A DNA stretch of 64,000 bases from Albugo candida (Eukaryota). The position numbers and the translations under genes were made by a program. Below are positions 52,545 to 64,000 of the stretch, piece after piece (the stretch's first letter is position 1; every line of letters starts with the position of its first letter). The DNA is taken from assembly GCA_040437565.1 (NCBI GenBank), contig JBDOQK010000037.1:186001-250000 (forward strand), in the 5' to 3' direction. The notes below the pieces were generated by a model. It worked only from the letters and a program-made list of their open reading frames with translations, ran no database searches and was not told where the DNA came from.

Positions 52545-54513
52545 GAGAGACGATTGAGCAACAATATTGAAGACGGTAGCTGTGGATTTGAGTCTGTGAC
52601 ATATAATATGGCGTTTTGCATGCAGAATAGATTACATCTCCTAGTTATCGAGTACGATTGATGATTGAATATCGTTTTTACTCAAGCTCAGACCCGTTTT
52701 CACTACTTTTCTGGTTTCCTGACTCGAGAAGTGTAGTTGGTTTCAAGGTAAATGAGTGACTCCAATCCAGGCGTCAAAAATAGGAACATTATTAGACCCG
52801 TTTTCCAAGCTGAGATCCAATCAAGTGTTGATCCACTTTTTCTTACTTTGAATAACGGTACCTTAAACTTATCGGTATCTATACTATAGTACGCACTTGA
52901 CAAACTTTCATAATGGATCATGGCACTCGTCAGATTATCTATTGCGGCTATCTAGAAAAAAAGCGAGATGGCGCTGTTCGTGGCGGATGGGCATCAAGGC
53001 TTTTCATCCTTACACCAACCGCCTTGCACTATTTTCGTAAAGTAGGCGAAAGCGAATTGGTCGGCGAAGAGCGCGGACAGGTACTTTAGCAAACAGCTTC
53101 ATGTATGCGTACTTAACAAAATGTAGATCAGTTTATCCTCAATTGTACACATTCAAGCGAAACCGGAAGACGGAGTACCCGCCTCAGCAATAGAATCCGG
53201 AATCGAGCACTATTATCTCGAAATTATCGCTGTATGGCTCAATCGACAGTATAATTTAGAGTATGCTCATGCATTGCTGCTGTAGGAAAATCGCCACTAT
53301 TTGATGCGTGTACCGTTGAAAGAGGCTTCGACATGTGAAAGTTGGTCTATTGCGATCGAAGAGCAACGTAAAGTCATAACAGCCGTGATACAAAATGGAG
53401 ATAAAGCGACAAGGCGTGACACGTCCCCGTTAGGTCTTGCAAGTCCACGGCTATTGGCTCGAAACCATGAGTTATATGCTCGATTTGTATGTTTTCAGCC
53501 TCAAAATTTGGTTGATGATTGTATATAGATCATGATCTCACGTAGGCTGCCTCACCGCCCCAAATTGCAATGGTTTCTATCGTCACCATTCAGGAACCTG
53601 ATTTGAAACAAGTCGAATTAGTGATATCACGTCATGTTTCGTGGGGCGATGTGTTAAAACTCGGTGTTATCTCGCATGGTGGCGCTTGCGTGATTTTGAT
53701 GCGGGATGGTGGAGTTGGTCGAATTGGCACACAAGCGCTTATGGGTAGCTGGGACGCTAGCGATACGTGCTGGATCGAAATTGTAGACTCTCCGCTCTTG
53801 ACAGAGGTCGAAGGTACGCTCCAACTCGACCTATTACTCTTTCTCTTGCTCATAAATTGTCTCAGTTTCAGCAGTTTGCGAAATTCGGAAGCATCGCAAA
53901 AGCGAAAGTAAAGGCCGGAGAGAAACATTGGCTCCCGAGAATCCAAGATGGCTCGAGCGATTAGACGAAGGCACCAGTTTTGGATTCCTTCTCATGTGTC
54001 TATTCGTCCACTTGCTTTATGGAGTGGATGGGTTTCATTGGTCCCATAAATGCTGTCTCACAGTTGGAGCGGCTTTAGCAATTTCCACAATTTTGGTCGG
54101 CTCGAGCAGGTATGAAATTGTTGCACTAATGTACTGATCTATGCTGCACCACACATTGTTCACACAGCAAAATGCCGCTACCCACCTTAGCAACTCCCAA
54201 AAGTACGATTACGACGCTTCCAGCGCTGGAATTCACGCTCACAGTCCATCGATGTCGTGTCAAGACGGAAGGATTCGACTACATGTACTCGGATGATCTA
54301 AAACGGCCTCTATTTGCTGTTTCGTGAAAATAATTGCGGTATGCGTTTCTATATTCGTTCCAGAATTTCCGCGTAGGCTCGACTTAAATTGCAAATCAAG
54401 TCGTACAGAATGCTTAAATTTGTAAATTCAGCATTCCCTGCTGAAATTGGATCCACTCATTTATCATAAAAGGGTAACCACACACAAAAGCAACTCATAA
54501 TCAAACGTCCATA

Positions 54514-55149
54514 ATGCCGATGCAATTTACTCAATTAGATAGACCTGAAGGCCTTAAAAAGCTCAACGGCTTCCTCACCTCCAGAAGCTACATTGACGGG
54601 TACTCTTTGTCGGATACTGATCTGACAGTCTACAAGCAAATTGCTTCATGCCCTGAGCCATCGACCTATCCAAACGTGTACCGCTGGTACGTTCACATCG
54701 CTTCAAAGTGCGGAATCCGTACTCTGTGGAGCGGTTCTGCTTCCAAAAAGACCGAAGAAAAGGAAGAAGACGATGATCTCTTTGGCGACGACGACGATGA
54801 TGATGAAGCCGCTGAAGCTGCGAAGAAACGCGCTGAAACCGCAAAAAATGCCAAAGCAAAAGAAAAAAAGAAAGTAGTGGAACGATCTCAAGTTGTCTGC
54901 GAAGTGAAGCCGTGGGAACAAGAAACCAATTTGGAAGAATTGGCGATCAAAATCAAAGCGACCAAAAAAGAAGGCCTCACGTGGGGTGAAGGACACAAAT
55001 TGGTAGATGTTGCATTCGGAATCAAAAAATTACTTGTTCAATGTGTGATTTTGGACGATTTGGTCTCTTTGGAAGATATCACAGATATCATTGAGCAGTT
55101 TGAAGACTATGTACAAAGTGTCGACATTGCTTCGATGAATAAAATCTGA
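54514..55149 (+). CDS. EEF1B: Elongation factor 1-beta/delta (eEF1B)
   Basis: LNGFLTSRSYIDGY, RWYVHI, DDDDLFG, VKPW, VAFGIKKL, VQSVDIASMNKI. Confidence 0.95.
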   Translation: MPMQFTQLDRPEGLKKLNGFLTSRSYIDGYSLSDTDLTVYKQIASCPEPSTYPNVYRWYVHIASKCGIRTLWSGSASKKTEEKEEDDDLFGDDDDDDEAAEAAKKRAETAKNAKAKEKKKVVERSQVVCEVKPWEQETNLEELAIKIKATKKEGLTWGEGHKLVDVAFGIKKLLVQCVILDDLVSLEDITDIIEQFEDYVQSVDIASMNKI

Positions 55150-55244
55150 GGCTCCACGTGCCATCAAACAGTCGTTATGCTTGAGAATCCATTTTGGTTT
55201 CGCTATAATTCGGATAAAAATATAGGAACTCAGCGTGGGTATGC

Positions 55245-56500
55245 TCACATATCCGCTACAGATTGCTTGTACGAGTCTGCAGACTTTGCTGTTGTCGCAT
55301 TACTTTTCAGCAATACAGTTTCCTCCCATCCTGTGCCCCGAACAACTCCATCCCATCGATATCCGGGCTTGATTCCAAAGCGATTCGATGGTGCAGGAGG
55401 ACCAGCATACCGGCGCTTGTTGTGTTTCTTCTTGTGCTTGGAATGTTTTGTAAGCGGATCCTTGTCAAACGTCTTGGAATTGATCGGATCGAAATCACGA
55501 ATTTGATTCTTTCGCGCGGCTTCCAGCTCCGGGTCATCCTGATACCGTGCAAATGGCTCGGAACTGATTTCCTGGAGTCTCTGTTGCTGCGACTTTTTCA
55601 TTTCCTTTTGTACTTTACCGGTTCCCCACTCGTACTCTTCGTGTGCTTGACGTTTTTCTTGAGTCTCTTTCTCTTCTTTCTGACGCATGAGCTCATTCAG
55701 CATGTTCAATTTTCGACCTTTTTTGTCACGATAAATCGTTTCAGCTCGTCCGCTGCTGGCAAGTGCCAAATTTGATAATTCGTTACGACGTTTATGTCGT
55801 TCTTGATCTTCTTTAAATGCTTCTGCTGTGTACAGCCCGCCAGACGGTTTGGCTTCTGATGAGCTTTTGGAAATATGTGATTGCGAGCAAGTCGTTCTCT
55901 CTACTCGTGCACCTGAGGTCTCAGCCGTGTTTTTGTCCATTCTTTCCTTCTTGTCTGCTTCTTTATCGTCACATTTGGAAGACAGCCGATTGTGACGAGC
56001 ACTTTGGGTCTTTGACACATTTCGTCGTCTCACAGGCGACAAATCATCATTTTCAGACAATTTCTGACTCTTCCTCGGTGGACTTGCATCTGAATCGCTA
56101 TTTTCTTTTGTATCGATCTTTGGAGAGAAAGATCTCTTCGACAGGAATTCCGCTTCTTTTTGTATGATTTTCGGCACAGAATGTTGCTCGTACGCATAGG
56201 AATCGGAATGTATATGTGAAGGATTCGTTTGAGTATGCTCCACAACAAGCGGTTCTTCTTCTACAGAGTTTGTGGTTAACGCACAGCATTAATAGATAAG
56301 AGCTTGGTACCTTCCATTGTATGCTCCCAATTTTGCTCGACGATTTCTGGTGCAATGGACGCTTCATCTTGCGCGTTTTCATCTATAATACAAAGACTAT
56401 CGTTTTTTCTACCCTTTTCTTTCTTCCTGTTCTTCTTCCGCGTCATCTTGTCGGATGAACTTGACATATATCGCTGGAGATAATCGAGCTTCGAGGTCAT
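55245..56500 (-). CDS. BUD13: Pre-mRNA splicing factor BUD13/CWC26, 2 exons
   Basis: KLDYLQRYMS, ETIYRDKKGRK, WGTGKVQ, NRFGIKPGYRWDGVVRGTGWE. Confidence 0.93.
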
Positions 56501-56812
56501 TTTTGCGATGGTTTCCTATTCTACCACTTAACGCATAAGATCGAATATATAACCGCTAAATAGTTGATAACATGNNNNNNNNNNNNNNNNNNNNNNNNNN
56601 NNNNNNNNNNNNNNNNNNNNNNNNNNNNNNNNNNNNNNNNNNNNNNNNNNNNNNNNNNNNNNNNNNNNNNNNNNCCGCTAAATAGTTGATAACATGCTGG
56701 CGGCGTTTCGTCGGCGTTCATGCAACCTTTTGTTCCAATTTGCGATAGAAATTACGTCATAATTACAGCGTTTCTACTAGAGCAAAGTCACTAACACGTT
56801 TATGCTCCATCC

Positions 56813-58430
56813 ATGGCTCCCAAAAAAGCAAAAACCAAAGCCAAAACCAAAAGCAAGCGTGCAACAGCCAGCGCTTCCATTCTGGGTGCACAAGACACCG
56901 CAGATCGACTCGCATTGATCGAACAAGCAAAGGAGATGAGACTTCTAATCAAATCAGAGGAATCAGCATTCAATGATTTCCAACAACAACGCGAACGGAT
57001 CAATTATTTTTGGATTGTCGAGCGAAAAAACTTGGAAGAACGAACAGCTCAATTACGAAATAAAGAGCGAGAACGACAAGAAATGGAAGAGAAATATCAA
57101 TTTGAAATCAAAGTAACCATTTGATCCAATTCACTCGCTTTATCATCTGATTCCGCCTCAGAATTATGAACAGCGCATAAAGCATTTGCTACACGAGCAG
57201 CATCAAGAGATCAATGAAATGAAGCAAGGTATTGGTGTCTCCGCGTCTGCTGGGAATGTGAATCACTCATAAACTGTTTCTGACGATTAGAAGGAGAGCT
57301 ATCGCTTCAGACCACGCAAGACGCTCATCGCGATACCAAACATGAGATAAAATCAGACAATCGACAGCTTCAAGCAGAAGGGAATATGTCCGATATAGCG
57401 CATTATCAATACATGAAATCCCTCAAGCACGAACAAGATGAAAAGCTCAGTAATTTGCGACACCAATACGAGCGATACGCGAAAGACATTCAGCAAAAGT
57501 ATGAGCGAAAACGAAAAGTACGTCGACTGCTTCAACTTCGCCGAGTCTAATACTTCCAATCAGGTCGTACGAGATCGCCTGGAGGCTCAGCGGAAAGCAG
57601 ACACGCAGCAAATCGAAGAGCGTAAGAATCTTCACATTGGACACTTGATGTCGGCGCACGAGAAAGCATTTCGGGAAATCAAAAATTATTATAACGATAT
57701 CACGCACAGCAATTTGGATCTCATCAAATCGCTGAAAGAACAAGTCGCCGATCTGAAGAAGAAAGAAGCTCAAGATGAGAAACTCATGTTTGAGGTCTCA
57801 CAGGAGAACAAACGGATGTCAGAGCCATTGAAACGAGCGCTACAGGACGTCGAAGCATTACGCAAACGCTTCCAACAATATCAATGCGATAAAAGCGTCT
57901 TGCGAGATACAAAAGCTGAATTGCTGGTGCTTGAAGAGCAATTTGCAACGTGTTCGTGGGAGCATGAGGTCTTGACACAGCGATTGCTCCAAGTTGGGAA
58001 AGAGTACCAAGATCTCAACAACGCTTTGCAGAATACCATTTACGAAGTGCAGCGGAAAAACGGATTCAAAAATTTGATGCTGGAAAAGCAAATGTCTGCG
58101 TTGCGGCACACGTTAGATCATAAGAGCGCGGAGATGCATGAGCTTTTGATGCATGCGAAACTTGATCCAGTGATTGTAGATCGCAAAGGCCAGCTAGATA
58201 ACGTGATTCAGAACAAGCAGCAAACCAGATATGAGCTCGAGCAATATTCAACCAGGATTTCAGCGATGCAAAAGGCCTTGAGACAAACAGTGCAATCTAA
58301 GCTGAGCGAGTATGGCTTGACGTTAGATGAGCTTGGGTATGATATACAAGCGGCTACAAAGAAAAGTGAGATTGACCATCGAGCGTCAATTTCTCAAAGT
58401 ACACTTGAACGATCCCATCATGAAGATTGA
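56813..58430 (+). CDS. GAS8: Growth arrest-specific 8 / dynein regulatory complex subunit 4, multi-exon
   Basis: MAPKK, FQQQRERINYFW, LRNKERE, HEKAFREIKNYYNDITHSNLDLIKSLKEQ, ENKRMSEPL. Confidence 0.92.
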
Positions 58431-58456
58431 CTTTTGTATCAGATTTCTGCAATTAT

Positions 58457-59532
58457 TTATCTGCTGGTTCTGTCTTTCATCAATTCTGCCATGAGCTCCC
58501 CCAAACGAGCCGGTGAGCGTGTCACGGCTACTCCTGCTGCTTCCAGTGCTCTGAATTTTCCCTCAGCTGTTCCTTTTCCGCCAGACACAATGGCACCAGC
58601 ATGACCCATCCGGCGTCCTGGTGGAGCTGTCATACCGGCAATGAAGCTAACAACAGGTTTGTTGCGATCTCCATACTGTTGTAACCAATCAGCGGCTTCT
58701 TCTTCTGCACTTCCACCAATCTCGCCAATCATTATGATTCCTTCCGTCTCCGGATCATTGGTGAACCGCTCCAAACAATCGATAAAGTTGGTTCCGTTGA
58801 ATGGATCGCCACCGATTCCGATGACGGTGGACTGACCCAGGCCCGTGGAGGTCGTTTGTGCTACGGCTTCGTACGTCAGCGTTCCTGAGCGAGATACAAT
58901 CCCGATTTTGCCCTTTTGGTGAATGTATCCAGGCATAATTCCCATTTTGCATTCGCCGGGTTTGATAATTCCAGGACAATTGGGGCCAATTAGACGCGTT
59001 ACCTTTTGCTGTCGTAAGTGCCACTTGACTCTGACCATATCTTGTTGTGGAATCCCCTCTGTGATCGCAACGATCAGTGGAATTTCCGCTTCGATCGCAT
59101 CGATAATTGCTTGCGCGCAAAATGGTGGAGGTACATAAATTACGGATGCGTCCGCGTTGGTTGCACGTTTAGCCTATTATTGTGTGGTCACATAGATGAT
59201 CGAAGAGTGCATGTAGAATGTACCTCGGAAACAGTGTTGAATACAGGAAGACCAAGATGCGTACTTCCTCCCTTTTTGGGAGTCACCCCGCCGACCATTT
59301 TTGTTCCATATGAAATGGCTTGCTCCGAGTGAAATGTACCCTTTCATAAATGTTATAGTTTTACATAATCAATCAAATTCAAGCTAATTAGACGTACTTG
59401 CTTTCCGGTAAAGCCTTGACAAATCACTTTAGTTTCTTTGTTGATCCATACTTTTGCCGAAGTTGACATTGAGCGACCGGCACGAGCCTCGAGGGCACAT
59501 ACTAATGGTCTGACATCCTTCCATCCAAACAT
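58457..59532 (-). CDS. SUCLG1: Succinyl-CoA ligase alpha subunit, mitochondrial, 3 exons
   Basis: [48 protein letters not shown]. Confidence 0.97.
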
Positions 59533-59727
59533 GCTCGCTGTTCAGCAATATTGATATCTTAATCGGATAACATGACATATAACAAGGTATGGTTGCTATC
59601 ACTACTTTGCTTACACCTACAATTACGTTAACCACACCAAGTAAGGCAAAGTGAAGTTGCTTCGCGGAATGAATGCTCAACATAGCAAGTCCATTACCGC
59701 GGTATATTTGCACGAGCCTCTGCAAAT

Positions 59728-61139
59728 CTAACGATTCAGCTTCCGCAAAATGTTTTCTTCTCCCTTATATTCCATACACATTTTATGAATGATCTGCACG
59801 TGGCCTTCTGTGCGCTCAAGCTCTGCTTGGAGGTTTCCCAGTATCAATTTCTCCGCTTTGATTGTATCGCGTTGATAAAACTTTGCACGTGCTTGTATCA
59901 AATCATCCACAAGTTGTGCGACTTTCTGTCTTGTGCTCTTTTCGGAGCTAAAAAACCATTGCGCACTGCTTCGATCCGGCTGATTCAGTGCCATCGAGTC
60001 TGCTTTTTGCGGCACATTTTCAAGCAGACCATCATTCTTCAGAACATTCGCATACTCCTGAACCAATTTCCAGTCAGGACGGGGGGTATGACACACTGTC
60101 GGTGCTTTCATTTGTTCTTCTAATCGCTTTATCTCCGCCTCTGTATCGGCGATTTCCGAGTTGTATGTTCGAATACTTTCATAATGGTCGAATAGCGTTT
60201 CTGTACGACTTTGAAGAACGGGTTTCAACGCTGCAATTGAGTTTTTTAGAGTCTCATTGGAAAATTCAGTAGCGGAAATCAAAGCTGTCAAGTGGTTGTG
60301 TTCAGCATTTGTATTGGGATCAAAATATTGGGTTTCTTCAGTAGTTTCGTCGGATAGAGGAGCCCGGGCGTCCTTCATGACAATTAAGGAGATCTGTCTC
60401 TCCAGATCGCTTTCAAGTTCATCGAATCGAACAATGGAGCGTTCAAGCTCTTCACACGCCCAATTTCGGAGATCTTTCCGACGTTGAAGCGTCGGGTTGG
60501 TCTTGGACTCGAGTCTGGCTGCCTTAAGCTCTAGCGCTTTCTCCAAGCTGCGGATTTGGTCGGATAAGAATTGAGACTGCTGAATGGTCTCGGCTAATTG
60601 GATTTCGGAAGCATTCAGTTCTGTTTGGGTTTGCTTGTAGCGTTTCTGCATGCCAGTGAGTAGCTGCTGGTACGATATTCGACTTGTTGGGATGGGAGTC
60701 ACCTTGGAATTGTAATTGACAACGCCGATATCTTTCCAGCAGGCAGTTTCAAGACCCTGAAGGAGAGCTTGTTTTGAGTATGCAGTGTCTATTGTATCGG
60801 GAAGTAGCTTTGCAAGAAGGGCCATCGCCTCATCGACAGATGTCAGAGTCGACGATTCCATTTCGACACTTAAAACTTGTTGCATCACAGAACCTGAAGC
60901 AAATGAAGTCGAAGTCGAAGTCGGAAAACTAGGAAAATATTCCATTCCCGTAGGAAGTAGCTTCTTGAGAGTGCTAAAATTAGCATTGATCATATGNNNN
61001 NNNNNNNNNNNNNNNNNNNNNNNNNNNNNNNNNNNNNNNNNNNNNNNNNNNNNNNNNNNNNNNNNNNNNNNNNNNNNNNNNNNNNNNNNNNNNNNNTGAG
61101 AGTGCTAAAATTAGCATTGATCATATGAGCATTAATCAT
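59728..61139 (-). CDS. Coiled-coil protein, weak TSNAXIP1-like signature
   Basis: 421-aa ORF with coiled coils and a TPRPDW motif; 31-bp duplicate across the gap; start at 60993 or 61139. Confidence 0.5.
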
Positions 61140-61149
61140 GTCGGCGAGA

Positions 61150-62383
61150 TCAAGCATCGTCCAGGGCGTTTAGCCTTCGCGTTTTTCGAGTCGCGATGCC
61201 TTGGTCTAGACGTTTTTTGCGGGCTTTAAATTGAACGGGTCCGTTCTCCTCAACAGACTCGATGAGTTGACGATCTTCCATGCTCGTGAGCGGCTTCGTT
61301 GAGTCTTGAAGATTGATTCCTTTGTATATATGCTGCTCCTTGAAAACAAATCCTGCCAGAACTTCACTCTCACATGTGGAAAAATGATTGGAAGCGTCCA
61401 GCGGCGTAACAAGCTCTTCTTCAGCATCGACGATGTGATTCTCATCAGCAGATTCAGGCACTTTGGAGTCCAGAATTTCTCGCACCAGCACAGTATTCCA
61501 CTCTCCCATTCCAGTGGAGCCATCCACAGGCCCATGATACTCATTTGTGTCGATTCTATCGCCATTTCTCGTCTTTCGAATCATTTCTTCTGCTTCCTCC
61601 AATGTTGTTCCCGATGGTAGAAGAATACGCAATCGATCAGCTTTCACTTCTTTCTCTGTTATTGGTTTTGATTCAGATGGATCCATATACGTTATTTGAT
61701 AGTGACGAAGCGACACTGAAGTGTTTGGAACACTACGTCTCACTGCTGCGTCCACCAGCCCATCACGCCACTCTTCGAGGCTTTCGACCCAAATTTGACA
61801 CGCACTCTGTGCGACAAGCTGGCCTTCATGATATTTTGCATCCAAAAACACTTGGTCACGAACACTGTACACTCCAAGATCATCAGCGTTTCCCTCATCC
61901 ACGGCTTCAATTTCCTTGGGAACAACGGCTGGATATAGAGGCCACGATGAAGTACCATCAGAGCATGTTTTAGTCTTTGGGCGTCTGAAAAAGGGCCTTG
62001 ATGTTGAGTTCTTATCGCTGGAACATGGAGTCGACTTCGCCTTCATGTCTTCCGCAAAGCGCGCATGAGCGGCCTATGAGGAGGGAATCAGATTGTGTGA
62101 TTAAGTGTATGATACGTTACTCTTTCTATTTCATCCAACTGCTTCTTAAGGTCTTTTTCATCTCTTTCAGATCTCACTTTGGCTTGTCGTTTTGTTTTAA
62201 GCTTTTCCTGCACGCGATCTAAATGTCGTCGACTTTTCTCATGATTCCGAATGCTCTACACGATTGCAAAAAAAAGAGGTGAGGGATATCAATGTGGGTG
62301 TCCGATGAGATATTTGCTTACGATCGTATCGCCTTGCAGCCAAATATCGCAAAACTTGCAAAAATGGCGCTCATTTGATTTCC
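61150..62383 (-). CDS. U1/matrin-type zinc-finger splicing protein (WBP4/ZOP1-like), 5' end in gap
   Basis: KSNERHFCKFCDIWLQGDTI/SIRNHEKSRRH, KKQLDEIE, GEWNTV, VQFKARKKR. Confidence 0.65.
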
Positions 62384-62641
62384 NNNNNNNNNNNNNNNNN
62401 NNNNNNNNNNNNNNNNNNNNNNNNNNNNNNNNNNNNNNNNNNNNNNNNNNNNNNNNNNNNNNNNNNNNNNNNNNNNNNNNNNNATACAGCCGTTTATATA
62501 AATGTAGCAGGACTATCATATAACACAGGATATAACCATAAATAATCAATTCATTTCTGAATTGAAATCCCACCACAATTTGGTTGGTGGATACTATCGC
62601 ATCGATTCCGATCGACTTTTTACCTTCATTCCAAGGAAAAA

Positions 62642-63122
62642 ATGAGCTCAAAACGAGGCAAGTGCACGTTCTCGCATATCCACACTTATGCAGCACTAAT
62701 CTATATATGTAGGACGTGGTGGTGCTTCTGGCAACAAACTTCGCATGGCTTTGGGTCTCCCTGTGGCCGCAGTTGCCAATTGCGCCGATAACAGCGGAGC
62801 AAGAAATCTATACATAATTGCGGTCTGTGGAATCAAAGGACGTTTGAATCGTTTACCAGCGGCTGGTGTCGGCGATATGGTTCTCGCGACAGTCAAAAAA
62901 GGAAAACCGGATTTACGTAAAAAAGTGATGCCCGCAGTTATCATTCGTCAGCGTAAAAGTTGGCGTCGTAGAGACGGAGTATTTCTCTACTTTGAAGACA
63001 ACGCTGGTGTCATTGTGAATGCAAAAGGGGAGATGAAAGGCTCTGCTATCACGGGTCCAGTCGGAAAGGAATGCGCGGATCTCTGGCCGCGTATCGCATC
63101 CAACGCAGGATCCATTGTGTAA
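62642..63122 (+). CDS. RPL23: 60S ribosomal protein L23 (uL14), 2 exons
   Basis: [53 protein letters not shown]. Confidence 0.97.
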
Positions 63123-63174
63123 GATGTCGCTAGTAGCTCACGCAATTCTATTGGGATGAAAATGCAAATAAAGA

Positions 63175-64000
63175 TCAAGGTACCACCTTCGTGCTAGGGC
63201 TTTTTTTTCTTGCTCTTCTTCTTGGGTTTGGACGCAAGCTCTTCACGTATTCGACGACGCTCATCCTCAAGCTTTGTCTCCTCGCGAATCTCTTTCTTTA
63301 GCTGCTTTACCAAATTGTTGCATTCTTCCACCAAATTGGGACAAATTGACTCACATAAGCTCGCATGGTTCTACAATGTCGCAATTAGCCACATGGAATA
63401 CACAATCGCAAGCTTACTAATGCGGTAGTCATTCTGTGAGCCCGTGCTTCCAAAGCCTCTAGTAGCGTGTCCACTTGGCTGTTGTCTGGGAATTCGTATT
63501 GTCCTTGTTCCGTCTTCCAAAATGCCTTCATGCTGTCTTCCAGAGCGATTTCAGCGTTCAAACGATCTCTTAATGCCACTGCTTTATCCAGTAAACTCGA
63601 AACCACTCCAAACGCTTGACATTCTTCAACACTTGCTTCCAGTCGCTTGAGGAACTTTTGTATGTGCAAATTCGAACGTGTGAGGCTCGAGCACAAGTGG
63701 TAGCAACCCGACAGAGTGCATTCCGCTTCGGCGCATCGAATCAGCTGAGCTGTGAATTCGAGCATTTTGGAGTCTACGTTAGCGATTTTCGCACGCGTAA
63801 AAGACTGCTCTAAAGCTTTGGTCTTTGAACGAGTTTCCAGAGGCCGGCACTTTAAAAGCGATTGGATCGCGTCTTGTAGATGAATATGAGCGTTCAATTG
63901 ACAATAAACAGTACGTCCAAGCTCCAGTAATGTGTGATCCATTGCTATGTGCCCCTGTGCGATCTCAATGGAAGTGAATAAGACCTCAGCGTCACTCTGA
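63175..64000 (-). CDS. 3' part of an unidentified helical protein with Lys-rich tail
   Basis: Open frame 63385-63942 plus last exon KQLKKEIREE...KPKKKSKKKSPSTKVVP*. Confidence 0.5.

Noticed and set aside
52700..54290. Possible multi-exon minus-strand gene
   Set aside because: Some splice-like signals and short ORFs, but I could not build a consistent model or recognise a domain

Overview
Eukaryotic genomic scaffold, most likely an oomycete. Compact genes, roughly 50-60 nt GT-AG introns, an oomycete-type INR/FPR promoter and an oomycete-type chromoviral Gypsy relic suggest Albugo, but this is inference. There are ten 100-N gaps; six are flanked by identical direct duplicates that look like un-collapsed contig overlaps and inflate the Sfi1-like, Fused-kinase and adenylosuccinate synthetase ORFs. 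About 4.1-16 kb is a gene-poor decayed block: two clathrin heavy-chain pseudogene fragments in scrambled order, an ESF1 fragment, a degenerate Gypsy element, a diverged inverted repeat, a 157-bp-period tandem repeat and an effector-like secreted ORF. The rest is very dense housekeeping and flagellar genes: RPS2, PDZ protein, Sfi1-repeat/GAF protein, WW/C2HC-ZnF protein, exportin-T, LYRM9-like, twinfilin, SRP19, Fused/STK36, ADSS, SAP-DCN1, gamma-CA, Rheb-like, 3R-Myb, Ank-FYVE, MoCF/CinA-domain protein, eEF1B, BUD13, GAS8/DRC4, SUCLG1, U1-ZnF protein and RPL23. I found no clear multi-gene novel system. The best leads are unusual protein architectures: SAP-DCN1, ADSS with a bipartite mitochondrial-type presequence, Sfi1+GAF, and a Rheb with non-canonical G3/G4 motifs. 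All assignments are by eye; exon boundaries are manual.
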